64,000 nucleotides of DNA, taken from positions 1 through 64,000 of the forward strand of contig MCFE01000054.1 in assembly GCA_002104905.1 (NCBI GenBank), written 5' to 3'. The translations under genes and the position numbers were made by a program. Shown in pieces: positions 58,929 to 64,000 of the stretch. The notes under the pieces were generated by a model. That model did not search any database, was not told where the DNA came from, and worked only from the letters and a program-made list of their open reading frames with translations. The stretch comes from Basidiobolus meristosporus CBS 931.73. Lineage: Eukaryota; Fungi; Basidiobolomycota. Position 1 is the stretch's first letter; the number at the start of each line of letters is the position of its first letter.

Positions 58929-61900
58929 AGGCAAAGCTCTGTTTCCCTTTGGGGCAGGTTTTGCAGGATATTGTTGGTGGAACTGGGTAACTAGTTCTTG
59001 ACAATTAGTGAGATGTGTAGCTGGTTCCCATGTTTGGTCACTTGGGCCATAACCAATCCAGTCTACTAAGTAGTACAGCTTTGACCGGATATACTTGGAG
59101 TCTAGAATCTGTTTAACTTCAAATTCTTGATGTTGGTCAACCTGGATAGCTTGGGGCTTTGCTTCTTGCCGGTTTGGCAAGGTGTTCCTACAATATGGCT
59201 CCAGGAGGGACACATGGAAAGTATCATGGATTTTCATACTTGCTGGTAACTGTAGCTGATATACTATAGGGCTAAGCTTCTTCTTGATCTTGAAAGGACC
59301 AAGTTTCTTGAAATCCAATTTGTCACAAGGACGGTTGGTGCTGATGTTTCTTCTGAGCAGCCATACAAAATCTCCTTCATTAAGATCAGGGCTGGGATGC
59401 TGTTTTAGATTGGCAAATTTCTTGTAGCTTTCCTGAGCTAAGGATAGTTCTTCCTTGAGGGTATTCTGGATGTCCTGGATTGCTTGGGCATGTTCAGCCG
59501 CATGTGGGCTCATTGGGTTTGTTGGAATCTGGATATCAAACTGAGGGTGGAATCCATAGTTTGCATAGAATGGTGTAAAACCGGTTGCACTATGGCTTGA
59601 GCTGTTGTAGGCAAACTCAGCAACAGGGAGTAGATCAACCCAATTGTCTTGCTGGTAATTGATATAGCACCGGAGGTATTGCTCTAGAATCTGGTTGATT
59701 CTTTCAGTCTGGCCATCAGACTGTGGGTGGAAGGCAGTAGAGAGCTTGACTTGAACACCAAGGTATTGCATGAAGTGTTTCCAAAACTTGGACACAAGCT
59801 GTGGGCCTCTATCTGACACAATATCACTGGGGATACCATGAAGGCGGAAAATATTCTTCAGGACTAAAGCAGCAGTTTCTTTTGCATCAGTGTTCTTACA
59901 ACAAGGGATAAAGTGAGCCATCTTGGTCAGCCGGTCAGCCACTACAAGTATAGCATTGAAGCCACATGACTCGGGGAGGTCAGTAATGAAGTCCATAGAT
60001 ATAGATCTCCATTGGTATTCTGGGATAGGCAGGGGTTGAAGAAGTCCATAGGGCTGGTATCTGGCTGGTTTTGCACGGTTGCAAATATCACAAGTCAGAA
60101 TGTACTCTTTGATAAGAGTTATCATTCTAGGCCACCAGAAATCTCTTTTGATAGCATTCAAGGTTTTGGCAATACCAAAGTGGCCTGCAGCCATTGAATC
60201 ATGCCAAGACTTAATGATGTCTAGATGGGTGGCAAGGTCTGGGACATAAAGCTGCTGCTTGTGGTAGATGAGGTTGTTTACCAAATGCAGGTTCTGGATG
60301 TTTGGGAACTTGGGAGGGGGCCCAACTGGGGATTCCAGATATTTCTTGACGGTGCTGGAAGTCATATCAGAGGCTTGGGATTCTGATATCCTTACTAGGA
60401 ATGAAGGGATGACAAGACTTGAGGACTGGGTGGCAAGAATCTCAAAATGTTTCTTGCTCAGCAATGGGTGTTCCATTTGCCAGCAGGCATCATCTCCCTC
60501 TTTCAGGGCATATTCCTTTTTTCTGGACAGGGCATCAGGCTTTCCTTGCTTTGCACCAGGTCTATAGGTGATAGTAAAGTCAAAGCTGGACAGGAAGAGT
60601 GATCATTGGGCTTGTCTCTGGTTTAGTACTTTGGAAGTTGCAAAGTACTCAAGGTTCTTATGGTCACAGAAGACTTTGATTTTGTGTTTTGCACCATCCA
60701 GGTAGTGTCTCCATTGCTCAAAGGCTACAATGATGGCAAGCAACTCCTTATTATAGAAATCATAGTTGATCTCTGCAGGGGAAAACTTCCGAGAGTAGAA
60801 TGCAATGGGGTGCAACACATTGTCCTCATCATACTGGGAGAGTATGGCACCAAGGGCAAAATCAGAAGCATCAGTCTCCACTATGAATTGCTTCTCAAGG
60901 TCAGGGTGGGCAAGCAGGGGGGCCTTCAGGAAAGATTTCTTAAGTTGGTTGAATGAGGTGGATTGCTCCTCATTCCAGGCAAAAGGTGTGTTCTTCTGGG
61001 TAAGCTTTGTCAGAGGGGTGACTATCTTAGAGTAGTTGGCTATGAACCTGCGATAGAAGTTGGCAAATCCCAGGAAGGATTGTACTTCCTTGACTGAGCA
61101 TGGAGTTTTCCAGGACTGGACTGAGTCAACTTTCTTTGGGTCCATTCTTGTTCCCTCAGGGCTGATGAGGTAACCAAGAAATTCCACTTCTCTCTGGTCA
61201 AATTCACACTTCTCTAACTTGGCATAGAGACCGGCAGAGTCTAGTTTTCTCATGTTCATCTTGGCTCTTGGAGTATATGAGAATATCATCAAGGTAGATT
61301 ACCACCAACTGGTCAAGGTATTCACGGAATATATCATTCATGAGGTGTTGAAACACAGCAGGGGCATTGGTGAGGCCAAATGGCATTACTTTGTACTCAA
61401 AGTGACCATATCTTGTGCAAAAGGCAGTTTTCCATTCATCACCAGGCTTGATTCTGACAAGATTGTAAGCTCCTCTCAAGTCTATCTTGGTGAAGACTTG
61501 GGCAGCAGATAGCTGATCCAACAGTGTGTTGATCAGGGGCAGGGGGTAGCGGTTCTTGACTGTGATCTTATTCAAAGCGCGGTAGTCCACACACATTCTG
61601 AGGGTGCTATCCTTCTTCTTGACAAAGAGGATTGGGGCTCCAGCAGGTGATTTGGAGTGCTGAATAAAACCCTTCTGGAGGTTTTCTTGAATATAACCAT
61701 GGAGTTCTTTCAACTCCGGCTGGGAGAGGTTATATATTGGGCCAAATGGAGGGACTTTTCCATCTTCAAGGTCAATAGGGCAGTCATAAGGCCAATGGTC
61801 AGGGAGGAGTTCTGCTTTCTTCTTGTCAAAGACATGGGCAAACTCTTGGTACTTGGCTGGTATGTTTGCTGAGGGGGCTCCTTCAGCTGGCAAGGTATCT

Positions 61901-62394
61901 TGGGCTGTTGAGCTGTTGGCAACAGTCTTTTCACAGTTATCAGGGTCTGGAGATTTCATGGAGTTGACTTGGTGGGATCTGGTGAATGACAGGACTTTGG
62001 ATTTCCAATCAATACTTGGATTGTGGTAACTCAGCCATGAGCTTCCAAGCACAATAGGATAGTGTGGTGAGTTGATGATGTTGAAGGCAATTCTTTCTTG
62101 GTGAGCAGTACTGGACAGCTGAAGTAAGCATGTTTCATGAATAACGGCACCAGAGGAGAGTGATCTTCCATCAATAACTTCTACTTGGACTGGACAGGAT
62201 CTCAAGGTAACAGGAATAGAGTGTTTCTGGACAAAGGCTTGGTCAATGAAACAGGATGAAGCACTGGAATCAATCAGGGCTAGGGTTGGGACAGGGCTGG
62301 AGTCAGGGATCTGGATTTTGACAGGCATTCTCAAGGACCGGATAGATTTTGTGGCAAAGGAAGATTCTTGGATATGCTGGATTTTCATGGGTGG

Positions 62395-62439
62395 GTCCAG
62401 TTGCAGGAATGTCAGTGCAACTGGACATTGGAGTTTCCC
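62395..62439 (-). promoter_or_regulatory. -1 programmed ribosomal frameshift signal between gag and pol
   Basis: Slippery G GGA AAC (62439-62433) in the gag frame, 6-nt spacer, perfect 11-bp stem GTCCAGTTGCA/TGCAACTGGAC with a 10-nt loop; the -1 frame is open into pol. Confidence 0.85.
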
Positions 62440-63344
62440 AACAGATCTGAATCAGGTTGGTTACTGGAGGACTGCATCAGCTTGAAGCTGGACTTCTTGT
62501 TGGGGCAGGACTTGGCAAAGTGACCTGGTTGGCCACAGTATAGACAGAGGTTGGCTTGTTGACGTCTGGACTTTTCACTCTTTGATAGTTTCATGTATTT
62601 GGCACTATCAATCTGCATAGGATCTTCTGGAGTGACTTGGGGAGCAGGAGGGGCTGGGACTGCAACAGGAATGTGTCTTTGACAGTTCTTTTGCTTCTTC
62701 TGGAATAGTCTGTTATCACACCGGATTGCTTGGTGCATAGCTTCAACCAATGTATCTGGATCTGGGAGTGTGAGTAGCAGATCACAAACTTCATCATTGA
62801 GGCCATCTTGGAATTGGCTAATCAAGGCTGCTTGACCCCAGGAGCTGAGGTCACTGGAGAGTTGTTGGAATTCTGAGGCATAGACTGATGCTGGTTTGTT
62901 CCCTTGCTTGAGGGTCTTGATCTTGTTGGCAGCAGTTCTGGCTTGGTCAAGGTTACCAAATGCTAGCTCCATTTCAGTGAGGAAAGCTTGGTAGTCTCTG
63001 AGGAGGGGAGAGTTGGTCTCCACTAATGGGGAGAACCACTTGAGAGCTGTACCAGTAAGCAGGTTGGAGATGAAACCAACTTTGGCCTGGTCAGTGGGGT
63101 ACCAATTGGGCTGGAGTGCAAGATTGTTCTTCACCATGTTGATGAAGCCACGGAATTCATTCTGAGAGCCGTTGAACTTGGTAGCAGGAGTATACTTGGG
63201 TTCTTGGTAGACTGGGACATGGCTAGTTTGCTGGACACTTTGGTTCTGGAACTGAGCAAGAGTGTTTCTGAGGTCTGCATGGTCTTGCTGCAGTTGGGTA
63301 AAGGCAGCCATGAGCTGGGCAAAGTTCAGCTCTAGGTTGGACAT
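62412..63344 (-). CDS. gag (retrotransposon capsid plus CCHC zinc knuckle)
   Basis: ATG 63344 (MSNLELNF); [12 protein letters not shown]...[30 protein letters not shown]; [14 protein letters not shown]; open frame to TGA 62414-62412. Confidence 0.9.
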   Translation of the reverse strand: MSNLELNFAQLMAAFTQLQQDHADLRNTLAQFQNQSVQQTSHVPVYQEPKYTPATKFNGSQNEFRGFINMVKNNLALQPNWYPTDQAKVGFISNLLTGTALKWFSPLVETNSPLLRDYQAFLTEMELAFGNLDQARTAANKIKTLKQGNKPASVYASEFQQLSSDLSSWGQAALISQFQDGLNDEVCDLLLTLPDPDTLVEAMHQAIRCDNRLFQKKQKNCQRHIPVAVPAPPAPQVTPEDPMQIDSAKYMKLSKSEKSRRQQANLCLYCGQPGHFAKSCPNKKSSFKLMQSSSNQPDSDLLGNSNVQLH

Positions 63345-63737
63345 GGTAGCAGAGGAAGGCGGATGAACTTGCAAGGAATACTGGAATATACTAAACTAGG
63401 TTGTGGGTTTGTAAAGCCACCAGTATGTCAAGAATACAACTATTGAGCCACAATCCCCAACTTAAATAAGTTAGCGTCACTTCAGAAGGTACTGGTTTCA
63501 ATGTCCTTTGATAGAGTATTGTACTAAAGCTTCCAATACTGTAACAACTGTAAACTCCACCAGCAGGGTAATAAAGTGAATGCAGCTTTGACCAATAGTT
63601 TTACAAAGATAAAGTATCTTTGCCTTTATAGGACAAGACTAGGGAAAGATGATGGGTGATACTTATGGTGAGTATTCCTTTTACAAGTTTTCTTCAAACT
63701 TTGGGCAGAAGGCAGGGATCCACAGGTAAGTCAGGAG

Positions 63738-63748
63738 AGTCTGATAAA
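63738..63748 (-). promoter_or_regulatory. Self-priming primer-binding site
   Basis: TTTATCAGACT (minus strand), 2 nt inside the 5' LTR boundary, is exactly complementary to AGTCTGATAAA (63876-63866), which lies 26 nt downstream of the LTR TATATATAG. It does not begin with TGG, so it is not a typical tRNA PBS. Confidence 0.8.
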
Positions 63749-63750
63749 AC

Positions 63751-64000
63751 TGTTATGAAAAGACACAAGGCAGGAAGAAAAGCTAGGCACAGCAGGAAAG
63801 GACTTAGGTGTGGACCATCAAGGCAAGGCAGGATTCAAGGCAAGGCTATTTATTCAAGACCTGTGTTTATCAGACTGAGGAATACTTAAGGGGGGATAGG
63901 ACTATATATACTTTTTGGCTATACTGATGCCAAGAGATATTAGCTAATACTGATGGGGTTGTGGGGTGAGGCACAGCAATGGTGCTGGGGATAATGACAT
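63751..64000 (-). repeat. 5' LTR (partial; continues beyond the window)
   Basis: Direct repeat of 58393-58642 with 3 G/A differences. Confidence 0.95.

Larger units (their letters stand above)
58914..62439 (-). pseudogene. pol polyprotein (protease, RT, RNase H, integrase, chromodomain), disrupted
   Basis: ALIDSSAS (DSG mutated), [29 protein letters not shown] zinc finger, SMDFI / VSDRG / GQTER catalytic D,D,E, KLGPFKI, chromodomain EFEVKQILDS...YLVDWIGYGPSDQTWEP. Frameshifting deletion near 61250 and in-frame TGA at 60603-60605. Confidence 0.93.
58393..64000 (-). mobile_element. Ty3/gypsy chromovirus (Tf1/sushi-like), nearly full length, inactivated; 5' LTR truncated by the window edge
   Basis: LTR-gag-PR-RT-RH-IN-chromodomain-LTR order on the minus strand; paired LTRs; PPT; self-priming PBS. 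Confidence 0.97.

Noticed and set aside
1-64000. CRISPR arrays, prokaryotic operons or defence systems, telomeric arrays
   Set aside because: No regularly spaced repeats or Shine-Dalgarno-type operons; genes are intron-containing and eukaryotic; isolated CCCTAA hexamers do not form arrays.

Overview
Eukaryotic (fungal) genomic DNA with short GT-AG introns of about 50-100 nt. The gene content (LRR-PP2C-cyclase type adenylate cyclase, several velvet paralogs, chromovirus) fits an early-diverging fungus such as Basidiobolus or a relative; this is inference. Genes, left to right: 3' end of a cyclophilin-40 TPR gene, two divergently transcribed VosA-like velvet genes, a type II peroxiredoxin, pyrroline-5-carboxylate reductase, adenylate cyclase CYR1, a 4-RRM Mrn1/Nrd1-like gene, a P5-type ATPase with a signal peptide and Cys-rich ectodomain, two near-identical fasciclin genes forming a ~1 kb inverted repeat, two Pho85-type cyclins, an orphan ORF, an old yellow enzyme, a 5'-nucleotidase, a 10-exon AYR1-like SDR and an NCS1 permease. 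Mobile DNA: a dead Ty1/copia relic with a nested solo LTR (5-bp TSD), a probable LINE ORF1 relic, and a nearly complete but inactivated Ty3/gypsy chromovirus running off the right edge. The most notable signals are: (i) the ectodomain-bearing P5B-like ATPase with non-canonical membrane motifs; (ii) the fasciclin inverted repeat, whose promoter spacer could flip between two different C-terminal tails; (iii) a C-terminal motif conserved between the two velvet paralogs; (iv) a Tf1-style 11-nt self-priming PBS plus a GGGAAAC/11-bp hairpin -1 frameshift signal in the chromovirus; (v) near-total, context-dependent CpG loss in the transposons that spares CCG/CGG. All exon structures and counts were worked out by hand.
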